The position numbers were made by a program, and so were the translations under genes. 64,000 nucleotides of DNA from positions 5,218-69,217 of the IMG/VR virus record IMGVR_UViG_3300033145_002707. The stretch is one strand, 5' to 3'. This document shows positions 1-7,940 of this stretch, piece after piece. The notes below the pieces were generated by a model. It searched no databases and had not been told where the DNA came from. It was given only the letters and a program-made list of their open reading frames with translations. Numbering within the stretch: position 1 is the first letter of the stretch; each line of letters begins with the position of its first letter. This stretch comes from a virus. Taxonomy: Duplodnaviria; Caudoviricetes.

Positions 1-143
1 AGAAAATCAGATTAGGGAAATTTGACATTCTGGCGTCAAAATATGGTGATGACAAAAAAGTCTCATATTCAATCAAAAGTACAGGCAGATCATTTACAGC
101 TGTTCAGCTGAAAAAATTGTTAGCATTTATAGACAAACTTTAG
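1..143 (+). CDS. Partial hypothetical protein (3' end only)
   Basis: Open frame from nt 3 (KIRLGKFDILASKY...LLAFIDKL*) ends at TAG 141-143, directly at repeat copy 1. Confidence 0.6.
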   Translation, partial: KIRLGKFDILASKYGDDKKVSYSIKSTGRSFTAVQLKKLLAFIDKL

Positions 144-205
144 CAAGGAGCCATTAAGTCCTGTGCGTTGAACGCAGCTATGAGGAAGTTACGTTCAGGT
201 TGGCT
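143..205 (+). ncRNA. Pistol-like ribozyme candidate, copy 1 (degenerate)
   Basis: GCAAGG-AGCCA-TTAAG-TCCTGT-GCGT-[P3 hairpin]-GGT-TGGCT; carries pseudoknot and P3 mismatches relative to copies 3 and 4. Confidence 0.6.
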
Positions 206-237
206 AAAATGTTAATCTTAAATGGAGGAAATGAAAA

Positions 238-741
238 ATGGAAACTAAAAAACAGGATTCAGCTTTTAAAAATCTTTACTTTGTGTCAAGTGCATTAGAC
301 CTTAAAGCAAACAGACTCTTCAAAAAGGTGTTGATGGTAAAGGATCAAATAGCAACTGGGACTGATGGATACAGATTGCACCAAGCCTCAGTACCTTTAG
401 CTGATGGCTTCTATTCTGTTCTGGCATGTACCAAACGCCATATTATCACAGAAAAGATAGAAGATGTTGATGTATATCCTAGTTTTGATGAGTGTATATG
501 TCTTGACTACAAATACCATATTAATACTGATTGTATTCAAAAAAAATTCGAAGATGATGGAGCATACGAAATAGCACTGATCAATAAGGTTGGAATTATC
601 GCATCAATTAAGCACATTCAATTCATTGTAGCATATGATAATTTTGATATCGCCTACATTAATGAAATATCACCTATATTCTTTTCAAACAAATCGTCTT
701 TAAAAGCATATGTTATGCCTATGCATCCGTTAACTGCTTAG
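238..741 (+). CDS. Hypothetical early protein
   Basis: 167-aa ORF with GGAGG RBS, flanked by repeat copies 1 and 2. Confidence 0.75.
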   Translation: METKKQDSAFKNLYFVSSALDLKANRLFKKVLMVKDQIATGTDGYRLHQASVPLADGFYSVLACTKRHIITEKIEDVDVYPSFDECICLDYKYHINTDCIQKKFEDDGAYEIALINKVGIIASIKHIQFIVAYDNFDIAYINEISPIFFSNKSSLKAYVMPMHPLTA

Positions 742-744
742 TTA

Positions 745-807
745 GCAGGGAGCCATTAAGCCCTGTGCGTTGAACGCAGTCATGAGGCAGCTGCGTTCAG
801 GTTGGCT
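745..807 (+). ncRNA. Pistol-like ribozyme candidate, copy 2
   Basis: GCAGGG-AGCCA-TTAAG-CCCTGT-GCGT-TGAACGCAGT..GCTGCGTTCA-GGT-TGGCT; predicted cut 801/802. Confidence 0.75.
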
Positions 808-1021
808 AAACTTTAAGATGGAGGAAATGAAATGGAATTATCGCAAGCTAAGATATTCCTGGTAAGACCATTGAGCCTTGTGGCAAGTGTAATTGCTTGT
901 TGGAGAGTTTTACGGTTATAGAGGTTAAAGAGAAAAAAGAATTAGTCTTGTGGTTCAATGTTGGCAAAGGCACGTTTGCAGAGAAAATGAAAATATGTTA
1001 ACCATTAAACGGAGGTGTATT

Positions 1022-1210
1022 ATGGAATTATCAGCAAAACTTAGAGCAGCACTTGCTCCAGCAAATGCAATGTTTACAGAAAGTGACAGAAGGTATTTTA
1101 ACGACCACAGATGGGAATATGCCAGTGAGTTGGCCAAGGAGATGAGATGGCCTGAATGTCAAAGGCTGGTAGCTAAAATTGACAAAGATTTTGGGAGATA
1201 TTCTTATTAG
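1022..1210 (+). CDS. Small hypothetical protein (MELSAKLRAAL...)
   Basis: GGAGGTG RBS before ATG 1022; stop TAG overlaps repeat copy 3. Confidence 0.7.
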   Translation: MELSAKLRAALAPANAMFTESDRRYFNDHRWEYASELAKEMRWPECQRLVAKIDKDFGRYSY

Positions 1211-1272
1211 CAGGGAGCCATTAAGCCCTGTGCGTTGAACGCAGCTATGAGGAAGTTGCGTTCAGGTTGGCT
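1210..1272 (+). ncRNA. Pistol-like ribozyme candidate, copy 3
   Basis: PK 1210-1215/1226-1231, P2 1216-1220/1268-1272, P3 1236-1246/1254-1264; conserved TTAAG, GCGT and GGT; predicted cut 1266/1267. Confidence 0.8.
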
Positions 1273-1297
1273 AATAACTTTTAAATGGAGGTGTATT

Positions 1298-1459
1298 ATG
1301 AATAATCAATGTCAAAATTGTATATGCTATTATACAAATTGGGATGAGGAAGTGGATGATACCATGGAGGAGCAAGCACCTGGAGAGGAATGCTCTTGTG
1401 GTATGAATCCAAACAGTCTTGAAAAGTGTGTTTGTTTCCAAGATGTAAGTGATCAATAA
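1298..1459 (+). CDS. Small Cys-rich hypothetical protein
   Basis: GGAGGTG RBS; MNNQCQNCICY...CSCG...CVCF. Confidence 0.65.
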   Translation: MNNQCQNCICYYTNWDEEVDDTMEEQAPGEECSCGMNPNSLEKCVCFQDVSDQ

Positions 1460-1481
1460 GTTTTTAAAACGGAGGTGTATT

Positions 1482-2993
1482 ATGGAAGGCACAAAAGATT
1501 TAATTCTTGCCCTTAGGGCAGGATACGCATTGTTTTATGCCCAAACCAATGAGATGGAGAGGGCAGTTGGCAGCATAGTTAAGGCTGTCAATGAATACGA
1601 AAGTGTTTCATCTGGCAATAAAGCCTATAATGCTTTGATTTGGGATTTAGAGTCTGACAAGGATCCAGATGTTGTAAGCAACATGTTAGATGGAGAAAGT
1701 CCTGGAACTGTTGTTGTAGCAAAGAATTTCAATTGGTTCTTAAAGGATGAATATGGCAATCTCAATAAGCAACTTGTGTCATATATCCAGAACCGTCTTG
1801 AGCTTTACACGACCCCAAAAGGCAGAAAAGCCTTGATAATTGTTGGGAGCGATGAGTTCGATGACGCTATTCCTCAAGTTTTATCAAAAGATTTTCTTCA
1901 GATAAACTTTGAATTGCCTGATGAAGACGAAATACGACAGATTTTTGAATCAATTGTCAATTCTGCTAAAGACAATCCAAACTTTAAGATGCCTGATGAC
2001 AAAGAAGTTGAGAGAATTATTCAGTCCTCTAAAGGCATGACCAGACGTGATGTGAAGAATGCTTATGCTTATTCAATCATCAAAGATGGTGGTGAGTTAA
2101 AGTCCAAGACAGTCGGTATTATACAGGCAAGTGATGTTGAAAAAACTCCAGGATTGAAGATAGGTGAATATCCAAAGGCCAGTCCGCTAATTGGATACAA
2201 TGAGGCTAAAGACTTTGTCCTTGATTTTATTGATGACCCTACTTCACTTGGTGTTATGCTTCTTGGTCCTGCTGGAACTGGTAAGACTTCTTTTGCCAGA
2301 TGGGTTGCAGCCAACTCTGGAAGGAAATGTATTGAGATGGAAATGGCTCAGATGATGGGTGAAGGTTTGGTTGGGCAGATGCAAAATGCTTTTAATAGAG
2401 CTATTCAAGTCATTAAGGCTAATGCTCCTTGCATACTCTTTATAGATGAGATTGAAAAGGGTTTGGCTGGAGCCAGTGGTGGTGGTGATAGTGATGGTGG
2501 AAGTATGAAACAATCTGCTGCTCAGTTCTTGAAATTCTTGTCTGATGACAGACCGGAAGGTGTTTATGTAATGGCTACGTGTAATGATATATCTCAGCTG
2601 GCACCTGAATGGGTTAGGGCTGAGAGATGGGATTGTGCTCCATTCTTTGTTGATTTTCCAAATGCTGCTGAACGAAAAGCAATATTCAAACATTACTGCG
2701 AGCACTATGAGCATAAGGCCAAAACAATTGGCAAATTTAGCACCGACAAAGATTGTGAAGGGTGGTCAGGTGCTGAGCTAAAGGCTGTATGTCGCATTGC
2801 TGCTACACTGAAAAGAAAAAATCCAGATGTTAAGCTCAAGGATGCAGCCAAGTTTATCAAGCCTATCAGCTTGACTATGGCGGAAAAGGTTACAGAGCTG
2901 AGAGGATGGGCAAAATCAAGAACCAACCCTGCTACTACTGATGTAAGCAAGGTTGCAAATGGCAAGGTGGAAGACAGAAAGCTTGAATTTTAG
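1482..2993 (+). CDS. Ycf46/SpoVK-like AAA+ ATPase
   Basis: Walker A GPAGTGKT, Walker B LFIDEIEK, MATCND, PEWVRAERWD; GGAGGTG RBS before ATG 1482. Confidence 0.9.
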   Translation: MEGTKDLILALRAGYALFYAQTNEMERAVGSIVKAVNEYESVSSGNKAYNALIWDLESDKDPDVVSNMLDGESPGTVVVAKNFNWFLKDEYGNLNKQLVSYIQNRLELYTTPKGRKALIIVGSDEFDDAIPQVLSKDFLQINFELPDEDEIRQIFESIVNSAKDNPNFKMPDDKEVERIIQSSKGMTRRDVKNAYAYSIIKDGGELKSKTVGIIQASDVEKTPGLKIGEYPKASPLIGYNEAKDFVLDFIDDPTSLGVMLLGPAGTGKTSFARWVAANSGRKCIEMEMAQMMGEGLVGQMQNAFNRAIQVIKANAPCILFIDEIEKGLAGASGGGDSDGGSMKQSAAQFLKFLSDDRPEGVYVMATCNDISQLAPEWVRAERWDCAPFFVDFPNAAERKAIFKHYCEHYEHKAKTIGKFSTDKDCEGWSGAELKAVCRIAATLKRKNPDVKLKDAAKFIKPISLTMAEKVTELRGWAKSRTNPATTDVSKVANGKVEDRKLEF

Positions 2994-3001
2994 GAGGGGA
3001 T

Positions 3002-3151
3002 ATGTCAATAAAATTTACAGTAATAATAAATGATGAGGAAATCATTGAAGACTATAAGGATACAGATGATGGATTCCTTATAATAGATTTTCTGGAAAAT
3101 CCAGATTTGTGGTTGACTTTGAATAATACAGAAATTAAATTTGAAAGATAG
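3002..3151 (+). CDS. Small acidic hypothetical protein (49 aa)
   Basis: AGGAGG RBS; MSIKFTVIINDEEIIED...KFER*; stop overlaps repeat copy 4. Confidence 0.6.
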   Translation: MSIKFTVIINDEEIIEDYKDTDDGFLIIDFLENPDLWLTLNNTEIKFER

Positions 3152-3213
3152 CAGGGAGCCATTAAGCCCTGTGCGTTGAACGCAGCTATGAGGAAGTTGC
3201 GTTCAGGTTGGCT
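3151..3213 (+). ncRNA. Pistol-like ribozyme candidate, copy 4
   Basis: Identical to copy 3 over 63 nt; predicted cut 3207/3208. Confidence 0.8.
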
Positions 3214-3249
3214 AAAAGAAAATATAAACCCAAATATAGGAGGTGTAAA

Positions 3250-3549
3250 ATGCCGTGTTGGCAAGTACAAAAATTGTCGGTCAAATTTCAAGCCAAGAAT
3301 ATAGAATTGCTTATAAATGCAATTGAATCTCTTTCCTGGAATTTTGAAAAAATTGGTGAGACCATAAAAATTAATTATGGAGATATAGTTCTTGATTTGG
3401 CAAAAGGTAAAGCTGAGTGCTATGACCAAAATGGGTTGAACAAATTGAAGGTGGCATACAGCACAAAGGCTATTGAAAAGGTAGCAGCCAAAAAAAACTG
3501 GCTGTTCAAGAAAGCAGCCAATAACAAAATGCAACTCAAAAGGTTTTAG
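3250..3549 (+). CDS. DUF1257 (Ycf35)-like protein
   Basis: About 100 aa, LLINAIESL...LNKLKVAYSTKAI pattern; lies downstream of a Ycf46-like ATPase. Confidence 0.55.
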   Translation: MPCWQVQKLSVKFQAKNIELLINAIESLSWNFEKIGETIKINYGDIVLDLAKGKAECYDQNGLNKLKVAYSTKAIEKVAAKKNWLFKKAANNKMQLKRF

Positions 3550-3562
3550 GAGGAAGTGAAAA

Positions 3563-4129
3563 ATGAGAAAATTATCCATCATAATTGCTGTATTTGTAAT
3601 GTTCATGTTATCAAATGTTTTTACTGTAGTTCATGCAGGGACAGAGTTGGAGAGAATAGACAAAGTGTGTCGTGAAAAATGGGAAATGTCAGGAGCTAAA
3701 ACACTGGCAAATGTCACATATACCACCAATGAGATAGGCTATACAAAAGCAAACAAATACCTGTATTATCACAATAAAGGCTTGAATGAGAATTATGATT
3801 TTGAAATTATTCAAAAATTAGGGAAGCATCTGGTATTTTACTGCTCAGGTGTAACAACTCATTATGGCAGGACAAAAACGACTGAATTCAATTCTAATTA
3901 TCGCCAGCTTGTTGCCATTGATGTTACAAGATCAACAGAGGAAGACAGGTTCTATTTAGACAAAGCACAGAATGGTTCTTCGCTTTTTTACCTTACTGGT
4001 GGAAAGCATTACAAATTGGTGAACTTGCTGAAGGTGGAAATTAATGGGTTTGACAGCAAGATTCCAGTTGTTGCTTGTGTTTCAAATGGTCGTGACAGGT
4101 CAATGTGGAAAATAAAATATAAAAAATAA
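3563..4129 (+). CDS. Secreted or membrane-anchored hypothetical protein
   Basis: N-terminal signal peptide MRKLSIIIAVFVMFMLSNVFTVVHA. Confidence 0.7.
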   Translation: MRKLSIIIAVFVMFMLSNVFTVVHAGTELERIDKVCREKWEMSGAKTLANVTYTTNEIGYTKANKYLYYHNKGLNENYDFEIIQKLGKHLVFYCSGVTTHYGRTKTTEFNSNYRQLVAIDVTRSTEEDRFYLDKAQNGSSLFYLTGGKHYKLVNLLKVEINGFDSKIPVVACVSNGRDRSMWKIKYKK

Positions 4130-4141
4130 GGAGGATTTGGA

Positions 4142-4324
4142 ATGTTGTTACAAGAAAAAATAAATTCAATCAAACGCACAAATGATATAAAGTCTTTTGG
4201 GTACAAGCATGAAGATTTGTTTATATTCACTGATCATGAACTTGAAGAACTTAACAAACACGGCTTAATTGGTGATTTAGACATTAGCTTGATAAAGATG
4301 AGGAGGGAATCATGTCGACAATAG
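4142..4324 (+). CDS. Hypothetical protein
   Basis: GGAGG RBS, 60 aa. Confidence 0.6.
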   Translation: MLLQEKINSIKRTNDIKSFGYKHEDLFIFTDHELEELNKHGLIGDLDISLIKMRRESCRQ

Positions 4325-4539
4325 ATATTGAAATCTTAGAAGATGGCACAATCAGTATCACGACAGGAGAAATCGCTGAGACTCAGCATCTTTCAGCAGA
4401 TGCTATGCTGACTGAGCTGGAAGACATGGTTGGTGAGATTATTTCTAAGAAAGAAAATCCAAACAGTCCTGGCAAACTTTTTTTCAAAGACAAGAGAGTA
4501 TTGAGAGGTGGCAAAATAGTAAAGGCAGGGAGCCATTAA
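4312..4539 (+). CDS. DUF2997-like protein
   Basis: IDIEILEDGTISITT pattern; the last codons KAGSH* lie inside repeat copy 5. Confidence 0.55.
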   Translation: MSTIDIEILEDGTISITTGEIAETQHLSADAMLTELEDMVGEIISKKENPNSPGKLFFKDKRVLRGGKIVKAGSH

Positions 4540-4587
4540 GCCCTGTGCGTTCAGAGATGAACTGAGGATTCATCTCTGAGGTTGGCT
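4525..4587 (+). ncRNA. Pistol-like ribozyme candidate, copy 5 (alternative P3)
   Basis: Same core, but P3 is TCAGAGATGAA/TTCATCTCTGA (perfect 11 bp); predicted cut 4581/4582. Confidence 0.8.
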
Positions 4588-4617
4588 GATGAATAATATA
4601 AACTTATAAATAGGAGG

Positions 4618-5520
4618 ATGAAGATGGCTAAAGTCAAAGAGATTCAAGAAGCAAATGTGTTTTCAGAAGGAATGTTGGTTGTAAGACGATTTCATACAGG
4701 CTGGTCTGCTGCTACTGGAGCAAGTGATTCAGAGATGGGCAATTTGCCTGTTGAGATTATCCGTGGAGTCAAAAGCCTTTTGACTGAAGATGGCAAGGAG
4801 CGATTGAGGAATTTGAACTCAATCATGAACGAGGCAAAAGGTTTTATTAGCAGGAACTCAATGCCCCATCCAATTCCAACCCTTGATTTTGTACCAAAGC
4901 ATAAGATTGAATTTGTTGACGAAGGTTTGAGGCAGAGGCAAATAAATGCTTCTGCTTGTTTTGAAGAGCTGGTTGAAAACTATGAATCAGCAAAACTGGA
5001 TTACAAAAAGAGGTATCCAGATCACTATCAGCCTGAAAAATATCCAACTGTATCAAGGCTGAGAGCTGGTTTTGTCTTTGAATGGTCTTTCAGGGTGTTT
5101 ACATCACCTTCAAAAGAAATGTCAGTGTTGCCTGCAAGCCTTTATAAGGAAGAGGTAGCAAAGTTCAAAAGCGAGGTTCAAGAGATGAAAGACATGGCTG
5201 TTGACGCCATAGGAAAAGAACTGCTCAAGAAGGTCAATTCTCTTAAAGAGCAGTGCTCGTCAGAAAATGTTGCTACGGCAACAGTCAACAGTGTTCATAA
5301 TTTTCTTGACAAGTTTGATGATTTGTGGGATGGGTTTGTAGCTCATAAAGAATTGAGGAAGATGATTCAAGAGTTGAAGAATTATATGGATGGAACTGAT
5401 GCTGAGATGTTAAGAGCTGATGATAGTTTCAGGAATATGGTTGAAAAGAAAATGACCAAGATTGCTGACCAGTTGACTGTTGATGATGGCATACTTGCTG
5501 AGCGGAGCCTTGATTTTTAA
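4618..5520 (+). CDS. DUF3150-like protein
   Basis: 300 aa with YQPEKYPTVSRLRAGFVFEW segment and helical C-terminus. Confidence 0.55.
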   Translation: MKMAKVKEIQEANVFSEGMLVVRRFHTGWSAATGASDSEMGNLPVEIIRGVKSLLTEDGKERLRNLNSIMNEAKGFISRNSMPHPIPTLDFVPKHKIEFVDEGLRQRQINASACFEELVENYESAKLDYKKRYPDHYQPEKYPTVSRLRAGFVFEWSFRVFTSPSKEMSVLPASLYKEEVAKFKSEVQEMKDMAVDAIGKELLKKVNSLKEQCSSENVATATVNSVHNFLDKFDDLWDGFVAHKELRKMIQELKNYMDGTDAEMLRADDSFRNMVEKKMTKIADQLTVDDGILAERSLDF

Positions 5521-5535
5521 GGCAAAGGAGGCAAA

Positions 5536-6129
5536 TTGAAAAAAATAAAACTCAATAGTGATGCCTCTGACGGGATGGAAGTTGATGATGTCAAAAGGCT
5601 CATAAAGTCAATGGCTTGGGTATGGAAAAGGAAATTGCCTATTGAGTCAGTCACGGACACAGACGATCTTGAGCAGGAAGGCTGGATTGTCTATGTGTCT
5701 TGCAGGCAAAAATATAGGCCAACAAGTGGTGTTAAATTTTCTACATTCTTATGGAGATGCTTGGCGAATAGGTATCAGAATGTAGTCAGATCAGAAAGGA
5801 GGTACAGAGTTAGAGTGTCAACATCTGAAGATGTTGGTCTGTTCAGATTGGATGGTCAAGCAAGCCAAGAAAGGATGACAATTATATCTGAAGCAATTGA
5901 AGTGATTAGGGAAGTTTGTCCTGAGTTAGCTGATATGATTTCGGATAGAGTGCCTGACGAGCTGTTGGCTATAGCGAGAAATAGGAAACGAAGGAATAGA
6001 ACAAAAAGAGGATTCAAATCAATAGGTGGTAATTTGACTTTTGACAAGTGGTTGCTGGAGAATTATTTTGGAGTTGAACTCGGTGAAAATTCAGCAATGA
6101 GGCGGTCGGTTTATGATATTATTGACTGA
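5536..6129 (+). CDS. Sigma-70-family RNA polymerase sigma factor-like protein
   Basis: Region-2 pattern DDLEQEGW...KYRP..GVKFSTFLWRCLANR. Confidence 0.7.
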   Translation: MKKIKLNSDASDGMEVDDVKRLIKSMAWVWKRKLPIESVTDTDDLEQEGWIVYVSCRQKYRPTSGVKFSTFLWRCLANRYQNVVRSERRYRVRVSTSEDVGLFRLDGQASQERMTIISEAIEVIREVCPELADMISDRVPDELLAIARNRKRRNRTKRGFKSIGGNLTFDKWLLENYFGVELGENSAMRRSVYDIID

Positions 6130-6171
6130 TTATTTTTAATTAAACCAAATGAATTCAAAAACAGAGGAGAT

Positions 6172-6918
6172 TTGAAAATGGTTATCAAAACTGATAGAAA
6201 ACAATTGGAGTTCTTTGCAAATGACTTGAGCATTGAGGTTGACCCAAAAGATAAGGATGAAAGTCTTTATGATGAAGTCATAAAAGCACTGGATGTTTTG
6301 ACAGATGATGAATGGGATGCTTTGAATGAAAAGACCCAGGAGTGGTCAAATGAACTTAACCAAGCCAGACTTGCTGCCAGGAAAGGGAGCAAAACTGAAA
6401 AACCTGAGAAGGAAGAGGAATCTGAAACTAAGTCTGAAAAGGCATCTAAGGAGGCACAAGAGGTTCCTGAGAAGGCCAAAAATAAGGATAAAGGTAAAGC
6501 CAATGGCAAAGAAAAATTTGCCAAAAAAGATGCTGCTAAGGAGCCAACCAAAAAAGAGTTGGATGCAGCAAAAGCCAAGGCAAAAGAAAAGGCTAAAACA
6601 GTCTTTTCAGAATCAAAAAAACAAACAACAAATGACAAGCCTTATAATGATGGCACAACAGCTTGGCATGTTTGGATGACTGTTGTTGATGCTGGCAAGA
6701 AAGGTATTACAGCTGAAGCTGCTCTACCTGAATTTGAAAAGAGGATTAAGGCTGCTGGACTTGAAACCAGCAATGCAAAGAGCAGGGTGAATACGATTTT
6801 GCGTCAGTGTGTTGACCCAAAAGGCCTGGTAGATGTGAAAGATGGTGTTTACACATCAACAAAAAAGAGTGCTGAAGCCATCAAGCAGGCTTCTAAAACC
6901 AAGAAGGAAAAGGAATAG
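6172..6918 (+). CDS. Lys/Glu-rich hypothetical protein, possibly DNA-binding
   Basis: Low-complexity K/E/A linker between two small folded regions. Confidence 0.7.
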   Translation: MKMVIKTDRKQLEFFANDLSIEVDPKDKDESLYDEVIKALDVLTDDEWDALNEKTQEWSNELNQARLAARKGSKTEKPEKEEESETKSEKASKEAQEVPEKAKNKDKGKANGKEKFAKKDAAKEPTKKELDAAKAKAKEKAKTVFSESKKQTTNDKPYNDGTTAWHVWMTVVDAGKKGITAEAALPEFEKRIKAAGLETSNAKSRVNTILRQCVDPKGLVDVKDGVYTSTKKSAEAIKQASKTKKEKE

Positions 6919-6923
6919 ATGTT

Positions 6924-6965
6924 TGCCCAGTCACTACTGATAACCAGTGGTGACTGGGCTTTTTT
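6924..6965 (+). terminator. Rho-independent terminator
   Basis: GCCCAGTCACTACTG-ATAAC-CAGTGGTGACTGGGC followed by TTTTTT. Confidence 0.85.
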
Positions 6966-6990
6966 CGTGACCTTTTTTCAGGAGCAAATT

Positions 6991-7932
6991 ATGAAAATTG
7001 TCATCATAGGTGCTGGTATATCTGGTGCTATAGCAGCAGGAGCATTGTCAAGTTATAACCCCAAAATCTTTGATGCAGCCAAGAAAAAAGTCCAAAATCA
7101 TAGAGCTGTTATGAGGCTAAGAGATAGTTCAGTTTGTATGTATCTTGGAGTTGGATACAGAAAAGTCAAAGTCCACAAGGCTATTTCTTTTGAAGGCAAG
7201 CTAAAATCAGCACCAAATATAAAAATGAATAATCTTTATTCTATGAAGACAAATGGCACTCTTAGTGATAGGTCTATAAGTAACCTTGGTTCTGCTGACA
7301 GGTTTATCATGACTCAACCTTATTCCATAAAAGATGTAGCTTATGATAAATGGCTTGTTGGTGTATCAAAAAATGCATTGTCATTTGCAGATGGCACAAC
7401 AGAAACATTCGATGCCTGTATAAGCACAATCCCTATGCCCATTATGCTTATTGCTGCTGGCATTGGAGATGCATCAGACTTGTTTGAGTATAAAAATATT
7501 TTCGTGTATAGAGGAAAATTGAATATCAAATCAAGCATAAATCAAACACTATACTTCCCGTCAGATGCATTCCATATATACAGAGCAACTATCCAAAGCC
7601 AAGACATAATCATAGAATCTGTATCAGAGATAAATCCAGAAGAGATAGCTGGAGCCATGAAATGCTTTGGAATCAAGCCACCTCATTACGACATCAGTGT
7701 TGCCAAAGTGTACAAACAAGAGATGGGCAAAATGCTGCCTATCAACGAGCACAGAAGAAAATGGTCAATAATTACCCTTACAGATACGTTCAATATATAT
7801 TCTTTTGGAAGGTTTGCCATATGGAAACCAATAAGGACAGACCATCTCGTGAGTGATATTGAGAACATAAAGGCAATGATAACAGATGACAGCAAATATT
7901 TTGCGCACAAAATTGCTATAAATAAGCCATAA
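6991..7932 (+). CDS. FAD-dependent oxidoreductase (Glf/UDP-galactopyranose mutase-like fold)
   Basis: IIGAGISG dinucleotide motif, DACISTIPMP, SFGRFAIWK; GGAG RBS before ATG 6991. Confidence 0.75.
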   Translation: MKIVIIGAGISGAIAAGALSSYNPKIFDAAKKKVQNHRAVMRLRDSSVCMYLGVGYRKVKVHKAISFEGKLKSAPNIKMNNLYSMKTNGTLSDRSISNLGSADRFIMTQPYSIKDVAYDKWLVGVSKNALSFADGTTETFDACISTIPMPIMLIAAGIGDASDLFEYKNIFVYRGKLNIKSSINQTLYFPSDAFHIYRATIQSQDIIIESVSEINPEEIAGAMKCFGIKPPHYDISVAKVYKQEMGKMLPINEHRRKWSIITLTDTFNIYSFGRFAIWKPIRTDHLVSDIENIKAMITDDSKYFAHKIAINKP

Positions 7933-7940
7933 AGGAGAAA

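Noticed and set aside
4562-4568. CTGAGGA as the hammerhead CUGANGA motif
   Set aside because: It is a terminal hairpin loop, appears in only one copy, and has no GAAA or three-way junction
143-4587. The 63-nt repeats as a CRISPR array
   Set aside because: Spacing is 465-1941 nt with whole genes in between; no cas genes are present
143-4587. The repeats as Rho-independent terminators or promoters
   Set aside because: There is no U tract after the hairpin and no -35/-10 match; the conserved unpaired motifs fit the pistol core better
6919-6990. N-terminal extension of the FAD oxidoreductase from 6919
   Set aside because: It runs through the terminator hairpin; ATG 6991 has an RBS and begins the Rossmann motif
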